DNA from: Candidatus Kerfeldbacteria bacterium
GTDB taxonomy: Bacteria; Patescibacteriota; Patescibacteriia; SBBC01; CAIJZX01
Assembly: GCA_963731735.1 (NCBI GenBank)
Contig: CAVSWO010000001.1
Coordinates: 761 to 64,760, forward strand
DNA length: 64,000 bases
Direction of reading: 5' to 3'
Positions 27,318-36,546 of the stretch are shown here, piece by piece (the first letter of the stretch is position 1; every line of letters starts with the position of its first letter). The translations under genes and the position numbers were made by a program. Below the pieces are notes generated by a model. The model saw only the letters and a program-made list of their open reading frames with translations, was not told where the DNA came from and did no database searches.

Positions 27318-28952
27318 ATGCGTCGATCACGACTCTGGCTGACATTCGGGTTGATCATCGGCCTCGCCTTGCTGGCTGGGTACATCGACTGGCCGAACGC
27401 GCCGACCACACCCTTTCCTCCCTTCAACCGGAATTTTCCGATTCGGCTTGGTTTAGATATCCAGGGCGGCAGCAGCTTGGTTTACCAGGCGGACATGTCG
27501 AAGATCCCGAGCGCTGATCGCGACTCAGCGCTGCAAGGTGTTCGTGACGTAATTGAACGTCGCGTGAATGCCTTCGGAGTTTCCGAACCAGTCGTGCAAA
27601 CTAATCACGGCGGGGGAGAGTACCGGGTGCTGGTTGAACTGGCCGGAATTAAAGATATCAACCAGGCGATTAAACAGATCGGGGAAACACCGTTACTGGA
27701 ATTTCGCATCGCCGCCGGCCTGCCAGATGCTGAAGCGAAACAGAAAGCCGAAGATTTACTCAAACAAATTCAGCAGGGCGCGGATTTTGGGGAAATCGCC
27801 AAAGCCAATTCTGATGACCCGGGATCGGCCGTCAAGGGTGGGGATTTGGGCTTTGCGGATCCAAGTTCCTATGTCACGGAGTTTGGTGATGCCTTGAAGA
27901 AACTCAAAGACGGCGAGATTACGTCGGCTCCGGTAAAGTCTCAATTCGGCTACCACATCATCAAACGAATCGCTACGAAAACAGTCGATCAGGACGGAAA
28001 ACCGGTTGAACAAATCGAGGCCGCGCACATTCTGGTGGCCACCAGTGATTCGGCCCAGCAAACGGGAAATTTTGTTCCAACCAAGCTGTCAGGCCAGCAG
28101 CTTAAACGAGCGGATGTGGTCTTCGACCCGACCGCCGGGACGCCCCAAGTCCAGCTGACCTTTAATAGTGAGGGTGCGAAATTGTTTGAACAACTGACCA
28201 CCGACCATGTCGGCGAGGTGTTGGGTATCTATTTAGACGGACAACCGATAAGTTTACCGCGCGTCAACGGTCCGATCACCGGCGGCACCGCCATCATTAC
28301 CGGTGACTTTTCCTTGCAGGAAGCCAAAGATTTGGCACGCCGGCTGAATGCCGGAGCCCTGCCGGTGCCGATTACCTTGGTCAGCCAGCAGAACATCGGT
28401 GCCAGCTTGGGTCAGGCGGCGGTGGAGCGCAGCTTTGCCGCTGGATTGATTGGCTTAGCCTTGGTGGCAGTGTTCATGATTCTGTACTACCGCCTGCCCG
28501 GCGTGGTGGCCGTGCTGGCACTCGGGGTCTACACCTTGCTGGTGCTGGCGATATTTAAAGTCTGGCCCGTAACGCTGACGCTGGCCGGGATCGCGGGATT
28601 TATCTTGTCGATCGGTATGGCGGTGGATGCCAACATTCTGGTCTTTGAACGCACCAAGGAAGAATTGCGCGCCGGCCGACCGCTGCTGTCCGCGATTGAC
28701 GAAGGCTTCCGCCGTGCCTGGCCGTCCATCCGTGATTCGAATATTTCCAGTTTAATTACCTCGGCCATTTTGATTTGGTTCGGCAGTAGTTTAATTAAAG
28801 GTTTCGCTGTGACGCTTTCGATCGGAATTTTGCTCTCTATGTTCTCGGCTTTGACGGTCACGCGGACCTTTATGTTGCTGATCGCCCGAAAAGGGATTGC
28901 CCGCCGACCATGGTTATTTGGGGTTGGAAAATCGGAGGTGACAGATGTATAA
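27318..28952 (+). CDS. secD: protein translocase subunit SecD carrying an inserted parvulin-type peptidyl-prolyl isomerase domain
   Basis: Canonical SecD TM1, P1-base (EYRVLVELAGIKDINQAIKQIGETPLLEFR; ITGGTAIITGDFSLQEAKDLARRLNAGALPVPI) and the C-terminal 5-TM bundle are present. Residues about 136-222 (FGEIAKANSDDPGSAVKGGDLGFADPSSYVTEFGDALKKLKDGEITSAPVKSQFGYHIIKRI) form a PpiC/parvulin rotamase domain where the P1 head normally sits. Confidence 0.9.
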   Translation: MRRSRLWLTFGLIIGLALLAGYIDWPNAPTTPFPPFNRNFPIRLGLDIQGGSSLVYQADMSKIPSADRDSALQGVRDVIERRVNAFGVSEPVVQTNHGGGEYRVLVELAGIKDINQAIKQIGETPLLEFRIAAGLPDAEAKQKAEDLLKQIQQGADFGEIAKANSDDPGSAVKGGDLGFADPSSYVTEFGDALKKLKDGEITSAPVKSQFGYHIIKRIATKTVDQDGKPVEQIEAAHILVATSDSAQQTGNFVPTKLSGQQLKRADVVFDPTAGTPQVQLTFNSEGAKLFEQLTTDHVGEVLGIYLDGQPISLPRVNGPITGGTAIITGDFSLQEAKDLARRLNAGALPVPITLVSQQNIGASLGQAAVERSFAAGLIGLALVAVFMILYYRLPGVVAVLALGVYTLLVLAIFKVWPVTLTLAGIAGFILSIGMAVDANILVFERTKEELRAGRPLLSAIDEGFRRAWPSIRDSNISSLITSAILIWFGSSLIKGFAVTLSIGILLSMFSALTVTRTFMLLIARKGIARRPWLFGVGKSEVTDV

Positions 28953-29847
28953 GATTATTCAAAAACGTCGATTCCTGATTTGGTTGTCAGCGGCTATCCT
29001 GATCCCCGGCATCATTGTCTTGGCGATGTATGGCCTCAAGCTCGGCATTGATTTCACCGGCGGATCGCGGTTGACCGTCCAATTTTCGGATCAACGGCCG
29101 GATGGGCCGGTGGCGGCCAAAACCGTTGATCAGCTGAATTTTGGCAAGGCCACGGTTCAAACCGCCGGCGACACCGATTTAGTGATCCGGCTCCCGAGCA
29201 TCAGTAATGATCAGCGGCAGCAAGTCCTGGATACATTACAAGCAAAATACGGGACCGTCACGGAACTCTCTTTTGAATCGATCGGACCGACGATCGGGAA
29301 AGAGTTACTGCAAAAAGCCTGGATCGCGCTGGCCTTGGTAATGGCTGCCATCGTGGCCTACATCAGCTGGGCTTTCCGAAACGTAAATGTCGGTCCGGTG
29401 CCGGCTTGGGCCTACGGCGTGTCGGCGATTCTGGCGTTAGTGCATGACGTACTGATCGTGATCGGCGTCTTTGCGCTACTCGGACATTTCAGAGGAGTTG
29501 AAGTCGACAGTTTATTTGTGACTGCCTTATTGACCGTACTCGGTTTCTCCGTCCATGACACGATCGTCGTTTTTGACCGCATCCGCGAGCGGCTGTTAAT
29601 TGGTGGCCAGGACTCGTTCGAAGATACCGTCAATGTCAGCTTGAACCAGACGCTGATTCGATCAATCAACACCTCGTTTACCACGCTGTTAGTGCTGGCT
29701 GTCCTATACATTTTTGGTGGGTCGAGTATTAGTAATTTCGTTTTGGCGCTGTTAATCGGGATTATATCCGGGACGTATTCGTCTATTTTTGTGGCCAGTC
29801 CGTTGCTGGTTATCTTCGAACGCTGGCGCGCTCGACGGCGCCGCTAG
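28945..29847 (+). CDS. secF: protein translocase subunit SecF
   Basis: 300 aa: N-terminal TM, a small periplasmic domain, then the 5-TM RND-like bundle (ALVHDVLIVIGVFALLG...). Overlaps the secD stop. Confidence 0.92.
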   Translation: MYKIIQKRRFLIWLSAAILIPGIIVLAMYGLKLGIDFTGGSRLTVQFSDQRPDGPVAAKTVDQLNFGKATVQTAGDTDLVIRLPSISNDQRQQVLDTLQAKYGTVTELSFESIGPTIGKELLQKAWIALALVMAAIVAYISWAFRNVNVGPVPAWAYGVSAILALVHDVLIVIGVFALLGHFRGVEVDSLFVTALLTVLGFSVHDTIVVFDRIRERLLIGGQDSFEDTVNVSLNQTLIRSINTSFTTLLVLAVLYIFGGSSISNFVLALLIGIISGTYSSIFVASPLLVIFERWRARRRR

Positions 29848-29900
29848 TTCCCAACAGGGGAAAGGGTAAAACCCCTGTTTTTGCATACAAGCCTGAATAC

Positions 29901-29929
29901 TTGACAGAAATGCAACAAAATGCTATACT
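29901..29929 (+). promoter_or_regulatory. sigma70 promoter (TTGACA-17-TATACT)
   Basis: TTGACA at 29901-29906 and TATACT at 29924-29929. It drives the three-gene module that begins at 29940/29955. Confidence 0.55.
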
Positions 29930-29954
29930 TTAGGCGTTTTTGAATAACTATCGC

Positions 29955-31094
29955 ATGGAAGATCAACTGCAAGATACAGGTGGGTCTATTCTTGATCGGG
30001 TGTTGCATAGCCAACAAACGGTCGCTTTAGAGCACTTTGACCCGCAAGATATCGTCCAAGATGTGCTGAAGCAGGTTTCTGAAAAAGAAGCCGATGTTTT
30101 ACGTCGGCGATTTGGCTTGGGGCAAATGGATCAAGAAACGTTGGAAAAAATCGGCAATCATTATCATGTGACGCGTGAACGGGTCCGCCAAATCGAGCGT
30201 TGGGCGATCAAGCACCTCCAGAAGTCATCGACGGTTAAAGCTCGTCTGCACCAGCTGGAAACGTTATTGCAGCAACTGATGGAAGAGCACGGTGGGTTGA
30301 TGCTTGAAGATGAACTCTTTGCCGCCCTTCATATGCACACGTCGCCGACTGACCGTTCACGCGCCGCGATTACGTTTTTGCTCGAAGAGCTGCTGGCGGA
30401 AAAAGTCGAACGGATTGACCAAGCACCCTATAAGCCCTATTGGAAGCTTCGGTTTGAAACGCCGAGTCATTTGCCAATTGTCTTGGCCGAAGCCGAAGCG
30501 GTGATCAGCCAAGAAGGACGGCCGATTCCGCATCAGCGTTTAATTGAAAAACTCTTGGCTCGTCCGGCCATTCAATCTTTGCAACCGGCCATGAATGACG
30601 TCATGATTGATACGGCGCTAAGCGTGGCCACCAGTATCGAACGCAACCCATTTGGCGAGTACGGTTTACGAAATTGGGGGAGTATCGTCCCGAAGCGAAT
30701 GCATGATAAAATATTGTTGGTCATGCGCAAGCACGGCAAACCGATGCACTTTCAAGACATTGCCAAAAAAATCAATGAACTTGGCTTTGACCAGCGCCAG
30801 GCCTACCCGCCGACCGTGCATAATGAACTGATACTGAATGATGAATACGTCTTGATTGGTCGCGGTATCTACGCCTTACGCGAATGGGGATACAAACCGG
30901 GCGTGGTGGCGGATGTCCTCGAAGCAATTTTACGCGAGGCCGGCGAACCAATGGCCCGCGAAGATCTGGTGGCCAAAGTCTTAGAGCAACGGGTGGTCAA
31001 GCGGAACACCATTCATTTAGCGCTGACAAATAAACGGCGCTTTGCGCGGACGTCCGACGGCCGCTACACGTTGGCGACGGCCCCGACCGTTTAA
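29955..31094 (+). CDS. sigma-70 region-4 HTH / HARE-HTH domain protein, putative transcription-associated factor
   Basis: The N-terminus EKEADVLRRRFGLGQMDQETLEKIGNHYHVTRERVRQIERWAIKHL is a textbook sigma70 region 4. The C-terminus GKPMHFQDIAKKINELG...YVLIGRGIYALREWG resembles a HARE-HTH winged helix. The ORF could also start at TTG 29940. Confidence 0.6.
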   Translation: MEDQLQDTGGSILDRVLHSQQTVALEHFDPQDIVQDVLKQVSEKEADVLRRRFGLGQMDQETLEKIGNHYHVTRERVRQIERWAIKHLQKSSTVKARLHQLETLLQQLMEEHGGLMLEDELFAALHMHTSPTDRSRAAITFLLEELLAEKVERIDQAPYKPYWKLRFETPSHLPIVLAEAEAVISQEGRPIPHQRLIEKLLARPAIQSLQPAMNDVMIDTALSVATSIERNPFGEYGLRNWGSIVPKRMHDKILLVMRKHGKPMHFQDIAKKINELGFDQRQAYPPTVHNELILNDEYVLIGRGIYALREWGYKPGVVADVLEAILREAGEPMAREDLVAKVLEQRVVKRNTIHLALTNKRRFARTSDGRYTLATAPTV

Positions 31095-31116
31095 AAATCC
31101 ATACCGAAAACAAATT

Positions 31117-32508
31117 ATGCCGGGAGGCTTTCAACTTACCATTTCAATTCCTGAATTTTCCAGTCCGCTGGCGGCGCTGTGGTGGCTTTTTACGCATGGC
31201 GGTTTTGTGGCGGTGGTGATCGCGATTGGCTATGGAATTTGGTGGTTGTATTTAGACTATATTCAAAGCCGCTACCTGGCTCGACAACAGTACGTCATGT
31301 TGGCGGTCGATGTGCCAAAGTTGAATGAGCAGACCCCGAAAGCGGTCGAGCATATTTTTAGTCATTTTCACGGCATCCACAAACAACCGAATAAACGCGA
31401 GTTGTATGTTGAGGGTTTTGTCCAGCCAACTATTACCGTCGAACTGGTTTCGATCGGCGGCTATATTCAGTTTGTGATTCGAACGCCGATTGAACAGCGA
31501 GATCTGGTTGAATCGGCCATTTACGCGCAATACCCGGATGCCGAAATTTCGGAAGTCGAGGACTATGCCTATCGCTACGATCCAAAGTTTCCGAATGACG
31601 AATTCGATTTGTGGGCGTCCGAATTGCAGATGACCAATAAAGATCCGTACCCGATCAAGACCTATCCGCTCTGGGAACACAGTCTGACCCAAACTTTTCT
31701 CGATCCGATGGCCTCGATGTTAGAAATGATGGGCCGGCTGCAGGATGGTGAAGAAATTTGGTTTCAGTGGATTCTCAAGCCAACCCTCGACAGTCGCTGG
31801 CGTGATAAGGGGATGGACATCATCAATAAATTGATTGGTGCAAAAGTCAAAATCAAAAAAGGCGCACTCGACTCGCTGGTTGAAGCGCCGGGGAATGTTT
31901 TGTTAGGCACTTATAATACGTTGACCCGTACCTTGTTTGAACCGGTCGAAGGCAATGCGCGCAAGGATGACAATGGACTGCCGAGTTTGATGCAGCATCT
32001 TCCTCCGCATGTCAAAAATCAAGTCGAGGCAATCGGTATCAAAATCAGTAAATTAGCCTTTGAAACCAAGGCGCGCGTCGTGTACGTTGGGCGCCAGGAT
32101 GTATTTAATAAATCCCGGGTCAGTTCGATTTTCGGTTCCCTCAAACAGTTTGCAACGCTGGATATGAACGGGTTTAAGCCGGATAAGGTCATGAAAACGC
32201 AACGCTCGTACTTTCGCGTTCCGCAGCGGGTAGCGGCCCTGAAGCGCAAACTGCTGCTGGGCTATCGGACCCGCAGCAACTGGACCGGTCGTACCACCTT
32301 TATGCTGAATACCGAGGAATTGGCCTCGCTCTGGCATTTCCCGGTCGTAACGGTCAAAGCGCCACAAGTCAAAAAGACTGACGCCAAGCGCGGCGAACCG
32401 CCGGTCACACTGCCGACGGGTGAAGTAGCGGAGCGGGTCGAAAGACCGGTGGCGGCTCCGGCTGGACCACGCGGTGGCGCTCCCACCAATTTACCGACGC
32501 GTCCATGA
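31117..32508 (+). CDS. membrane-anchored hypothetical protein (2 N-terminal TM), translationally coupled partner of the downstream ATPase
   Basis: Start chosen at the ATG at 31117 (MPGGFQL...). TM helices LAALWWLFTHGGFVAVVIAIGYGIWWLYL, then a roughly 400-aa soluble domain with no known motif. ATGA overlap with the next gene. Confidence 0.55.
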   Translation: MPGGFQLTISIPEFSSPLAALWWLFTHGGFVAVVIAIGYGIWWLYLDYIQSRYLARQQYVMLAVDVPKLNEQTPKAVEHIFSHFHGIHKQPNKRELYVEGFVQPTITVELVSIGGYIQFVIRTPIEQRDLVESAIYAQYPDAEISEVEDYAYRYDPKFPNDEFDLWASELQMTNKDPYPIKTYPLWEHSLTQTFLDPMASMLEMMGRLQDGEEIWFQWILKPTLDSRWRDKGMDIINKLIGAKVKIKKGALDSLVEAPGNVLLGTYNTLTRTLFEPVEGNARKDDNGLPSLMQHLPPHVKNQVEAIGIKISKLAFETKARVVYVGRQDVFNKSRVSSIFGSLKQFATLDMNGFKPDKVMKTQRSYFRVPQRVAALKRKLLLGYRTRSNWTGRTTFMLNTEELASLWHFPVVTVKAPQVKKTDAKRGEPPVTLPTGEVAERVERPVAAPAGPRGGAPTNLPTRP

Positions 32509-34187
32509 GCGAACAACCGCAAGACGGCGTGACTTTATTTGCGACCACCAATTACCGTGGTCAGCAGCAACCGTTCGGGATCAAGACCGATGACCGACGT
32601 CGGCACATGTATGTGATCGGCAAGACCGGCATGGGCAAATCGACCATGCTTGAAAACATGATTATTCAGGATATCCGCGACGGTCAGGGGATTTGCGTGG
32701 TTGATCCGCACGGCGACTTAGTCGAAAAAATTGTCAACTTCATTCCCTCACATCGGGTCAATGACGTAATTTATTTTAACCCGGCTGACGCCGATTATCC
32801 GATTGCATTTAATATTTTGGAAGCCATTGATCCGCGCCAACGTCACCTGGTGGCTTCCGGGCTGATCGCGGTCTTCAAGAAACTCTGGGTTGATTCCTGG
32901 GGTCCGCGGCTCGAATATATTTTACGGAATACGATTTTGGCGTTGATTGAATACCCGGGTTCAACACTGTTGGGGATCAATCGGATGTTTGTCGACAAAG
33001 ACTACCGGAATAAGGTGGTCAACCATATTTCCGATCCGATCGTCAAATCTTTTTGGCAAACGGAGTTTAACGCGTATGCGCAGCAATTTCGAACCGAAGC
33101 CGTTTCGCCAATTCAAAATAAAATCGGACAATTTTTGTCGAGTTCAATCATTCGCAATATTGTCGGTCAGCCAAAATCAACGATTGACATGCGAGATATT
33201 ATGGACAGCGGAAAAATCCTGCTCCTGAATTTGGCCAAAGGCCGGATCGGTGAAGACAACGCCGCCCTGCTCGGTGCGATGATGATAACCAAGTTGCAGG
33301 TGGCGGCTATGAGTCGGATTGATATTCCTGAGCCGGAACGCCGAGATTTTATACTCTACGTTGACGAGTTTCAAAATTTTGCAACTGAATCATTTGCCAA
33401 TATTTTATCCGAAGCCAGAAAATACCGGCTGGACTTAGTGATCGCGCATCAATACATTGAGCAATTGGACGAGGCAGTGCGAGCGGCCGTGTTTGGCAAC
33501 GTCGGAACCATGATTTGTTTTCGTGTCGGGGCCGCTGATGCGGAATTTCTGGCCAAAGAATTTTTTCCGGTTTTTACCGAAACCGATCTCGTTAACCTAA
33601 CCAAGTTTGATATTTACTTAAAGTTAATGATCGACGGGGTGGCTTCGGAACCATTTTCGGCTACCGGTTTACCGCCAGTGCAAAATCCGGACAACCTTGA
33701 GGAAACGATTATTCGTGTTTCCCGTGAACGTTATGCCAAACAGCGCGATGTGGTCGAAGAAAAAATTTCACGCTGGTCCGGCGCGATGTTGGAAGCCATG
33801 GCGTCAGACGCAAAGTCGAGCGGCGACCGCCGCAATCGGGGACCCGCGCGATCGGATGGCCCGGCTCGATCAGAATCTCGCGCCCCGACTCGAAATCCCG
33901 ACAATCCGCCTGAAGCCAAGCCGAAAATCGATGTCCAAAGCCGGCAACCGGTGCCGACGGAAGGAATTCCGGCTGAAATATCTTTAGCGGACGCCTTCAA
34001 GTCACAACCGAACGACACACGATCTCCGGCCGAGCAGTCGCATCGAAATCGCCGACCAGAGCGACCGCGGCGGCGCCATGATCAACCGGCCCGACCGTCA
34101 AAAGCTGCCCCATCGGCGTCGACCGGACCGGCCGAAAATCCGGCGCCGCAGTCGATTCAGCCAGGCCAGGTCGTCCAAATCAAGTAA
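32505..34187 (+). CDS. TraG/TraD/VirD4-family (type IV coupling protein-like) P-loop ATPase with no N-terminal membrane anchor and a disordered basic C-terminal tail
   Basis: Walker A VIGKTGMGKST, Walker B ILYVDEFQNF, then ARKYRLDLVIAHQYIEQL...VFGNVGTMICFRVGAADAEF, which matches the conserved C-terminal block of TrwB/VirD4 coupling proteins. The last ~130 aa are low-complexity with GPARSDGPARSESRAP repeats. Confidence 0.75.
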   Translation: MSEQPQDGVTLFATTNYRGQQQPFGIKTDDRRRHMYVIGKTGMGKSTMLENMIIQDIRDGQGICVVDPHGDLVEKIVNFIPSHRVNDVIYFNPADADYPIAFNILEAIDPRQRHLVASGLIAVFKKLWVDSWGPRLEYILRNTILALIEYPGSTLLGINRMFVDKDYRNKVVNHISDPIVKSFWQTEFNAYAQQFRTEAVSPIQNKIGQFLSSSIIRNIVGQPKSTIDMRDIMDSGKILLLNLAKGRIGEDNAALLGAMMITKLQVAAMSRIDIPEPERRDFILYVDEFQNFATESFANILSEARKYRLDLVIAHQYIEQLDEAVRAAVFGNVGTMICFRVGAADAEFLAKEFFPVFTETDLVNLTKFDIYLKLMIDGVASEPFSATGLPPVQNPDNLEETIIRVSRERYAKQRDVVEEKISRWSGAMLEAMASDAKSSGDRRNRGPARSDGPARSESRAPTRNPDNPPEAKPKIDVQSRQPVPTEGIPAEISLADAFKSQPNDTRSPAEQSHRNRRPERPRRRHDQPARPSKAAPSASTGPAENPAPQSIQPGQVVQIK

Positions 34188-34199
34188 TTCTGCTATAGT

Positions 34200-35096
34200 G
34201 TGGCGGTGAACAAACTGAGTTGCGTTATTCCCGCATTTAATGAAGCCGAGAGCCTGCCCCACCTGTGGGAGCGGTTGAAGCCAGTGGTCAGCCAGTTCCC
34301 AGCTTGGGAAGTGGTACTGGTGAGTGACGGTAGCACCGATGCAACTGTGGCGATTGCCGAGCAATGGGTCGCTCAAGGTGATCCGGTCAAGGTGATTGAC
34401 CTCCACCGTAATCGCGGAAAATCAGCCGCCCTGATGGCCGGATTAGCGGTCGTCAGTGGTGATGTGGTTGTTACCCTCGATGCTGATTTACAGGATGATC
34501 CGCAAGAAATTCCGCGTCTGGTCCAGACACTTGATGACCAGCAGGTCGACATGGTTGGCGGCTGGAAACGCGATCGGAAAGATCCTTTGATAAAAAAAAT
34601 TTCTTCCAAAGTTTTTAACGGGATTGCTAGTCGGATTGCTAAACAGCGATTCTACGATTTAAACTGCGGGCTGAAGGCCTATCGTCGGGAAGTCGTCGAG
34701 ACCCTGGATTTATATGGTGACTTGTACCGCTTTATTCCGATTTTGGCCGTGGCCAACGGCTTTCGGGTCGCCGAAATACCGGTCAAACACCACGCGCGAC
34801 AATGGGGTGTTTCAAAATACGGGTTACGCTTGAGCGGCGCTTTTGATTTGTTGTCCTTGGCGATGATTGCCAATTACCGCTGGCGACCGCTGCACTTGTT
34901 TGGGCGCTGGGGCGCGCTTCTCGCCTTAGTGGGAATTATCTTGCTGGGTTACTTAGCCTGGTTGCGGCTGCAAGGTGAAACCATCGGCGATCGGCCGCTC
35001 TTGATATTCGGTGCCTTGTTCGTGATCGCGGGTTTGCAAATTTTCTTTACCGGCTTATTAGGTGATCTGATGATCCATCATCGGCGAAAAGAATGA
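34200..35096 (+). CDS. GT2 polyprenyl-phosphate glycosyltransferase (DPM1/GtrB/ArnC-like) with a C-terminal TM pair
   Basis: VIPAFNEAESL...VVLVSDGSTD...DADLQDDP (DxD). GTG start at 34200 (alternative 34206). Confidence 0.85.
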   Translation: MAVNKLSCVIPAFNEAESLPHLWERLKPVVSQFPAWEVVLVSDGSTDATVAIAEQWVAQGDPVKVIDLHRNRGKSAALMAGLAVVSGDVVVTLDADLQDDPQEIPRLVQTLDDQQVDMVGGWKRDRKDPLIKKISSKVFNGIASRIAKQRFYDLNCGLKAYRREVVETLDLYGDLYRFIPILAVANGFRVAEIPVKHHARQWGVSKYGLRLSGAFDLLSLAMIANYRWRPLHLFGRWGALLALVGIILLGYLAWLRLQGETIGDRPLLIFGALFVIAGLQIFFTGLLGDLMIHHRRKE

Positions 35097-35677
35097 GTTC
35101 GACCAACCAACAAAAATACGAAAGCGTCAATCCGCTACGCAAAATATTTTTGCGGCCGTTTCAACGCCGTTTTGTAACCACCATCACGACGACCCAGCCG
35201 CAGTCGCTGCTTGAGGTTGGTTGCGGTGAAGGTTTTTTGTTGACGGAAATTCAGGCGGCCTTACCGGCTACCCGAGTAGTTGGCATGGACGTAGTACCGG
35301 AATTTGTGCATGAGGGACATCGGTTATTCCCTGGGCTTGATTTACGAGTGGGTGATATTTACCACATCAATCAACCAGATCAGAGTTGGGACACGGTGGT
35401 GGCGAGTGAAGTGCTTGAGCACTTAGAACGTCCCGCGCAAGCCCTCGCTGAATTAGCACGGGTGGCGAAACGACACCTGGTCCTGTCTGTACCCTGGGAG
35501 CCCTGGTTTCAGGCTATGAATTTCGCCCGCGGTCAACATCTTCGCCGCTGGGGGAATCATCCCGAGCATATTAACCACTGGTCACCAAAGACATTTGAAA
35601 AATTGGTTGGTCAGTACGCCAAAGTAACCCAAGTAAAAACGTCACTGCCATGGATCATCCTGGTCGCCCAGGTATAA
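35093..35677 (+). CDS. class I SAM-dependent methyltransferase
   Basis: Motif I LEVGCGEGFL and post-I VVGMDVVPEF. ATGA-coupled to the GT2 gene. Confidence 0.8.
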   Translation: MSSTNQQKYESVNPLRKIFLRPFQRRFVTTITTTQPQSLLEVGCGEGFLLTEIQAALPATRVVGMDVVPEFVHEGHRLFPGLDLRVGDIYHINQPDQSWDTVVASEVLEHLERPAQALAELARVAKRHLVLSVPWEPWFQAMNFARGQHLRRWGNHPEHINHWSPKTFEKLVGQYAKVTQVKTSLPWIILVAQV

Positions 35678-36546
35678 CCCGATGGGTGCGGCCGCTCGGC
35701 TGGGTGTTGAGCTTGGTGGCGCTCGGGTTTGTTGTGCATTGGCTACTCAAAGTCGATCTCAACACTTGGCGTTCGTTGCGGTCGGCGAATTTTTGGTTGC
35801 TGGGACTCTCGCTGGTTATATTCCAGGCCTGGTTCAGTCTACGGTTTTTGGGTTGGGAATGGATTAGTACCCGCTACGGATTACATGATGCCCGCGGTTC
35901 AAACGCGCGCATGTGGACCCTGAGTGAATTGCTGCGGTATATTCCCGGAAATGTCTGGTCGTTTGCGGCTCGGTATCGCGGAGCCCGAGACCGCGGGGTC
36001 AGCCGGAGTGGGGCGGTGGCGGCGATTGTGTTTGAAGCGACTTTCTTATTCGCCGGCGCGGCCGTCGTAGCGGTGATATTTTGGCGGCCGAATTGGTGGT
36101 GGCTTTGGGCCGTTTGTATTGTCCTGCTCTTGTACCTGCTGCCGGCTATCTTGGGCCGTGTGGCTCGCTGGCGAGGCTGGGAAACGATCTCAATCCGTCC
36201 CTCGACGGCCTTAAAATTTTTGAGTTTATATGTAGCGGTTTGGGCTGTCTACGGATTCGCTCAAGCCGTTATGTTGCAGGCCATTCCGGGCCTCGGACTG
36301 CCGAATATTCTTATGCTGGCCGGCGCGAATGTTACCGCTTGGCTGATTGGCTATGTCAGCATCATCGCGCCCACCGGATTAGGGGTCCGTGAAGTTGCCT
36401 TGGTTGGGTTACTCCCAACCTTGACTGCCGAGGTGGCGAGTTTTGCTGCGGTATTGACTCGATTGTGGTTGATCATCAGTGAACTGGTTTTCTTGGGCAT
36501 AGTGTTTCTGATTCCTCATGGTCGATCCAACCCACAATCCTCGTAA
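35650..36546 (+). CDS. polytopic membrane protein (lysyl-PG-synthase-TM / flippase-like, UPF0104-like)
   Basis: 298 aa with about 8 TM. Sits in the GT2-MTase-GT-C cluster. Confidence 0.5.
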   Translation: MDHPGRPGITRWVRPLGWVLSLVALGFVVHWLLKVDLNTWRSLRSANFWLLGLSLVIFQAWFSLRFLGWEWISTRYGLHDARGSNARMWTLSELLRYIPGNVWSFAARYRGARDRGVSRSGAVAAIVFEATFLFAGAAVVAVIFWRPNWWWLWAVCIVLLLYLLPAILGRVARWRGWETISIRPSTALKFLSLYVAVWAVYGFAQAVMLQAIPGLGLPNILMLAGANVTAWLIGYVSIIAPTGLGVREVALVGLLPTLTAEVASFAAVLTRLWLIISELVFLGIVFLIPHGRSNPQSS

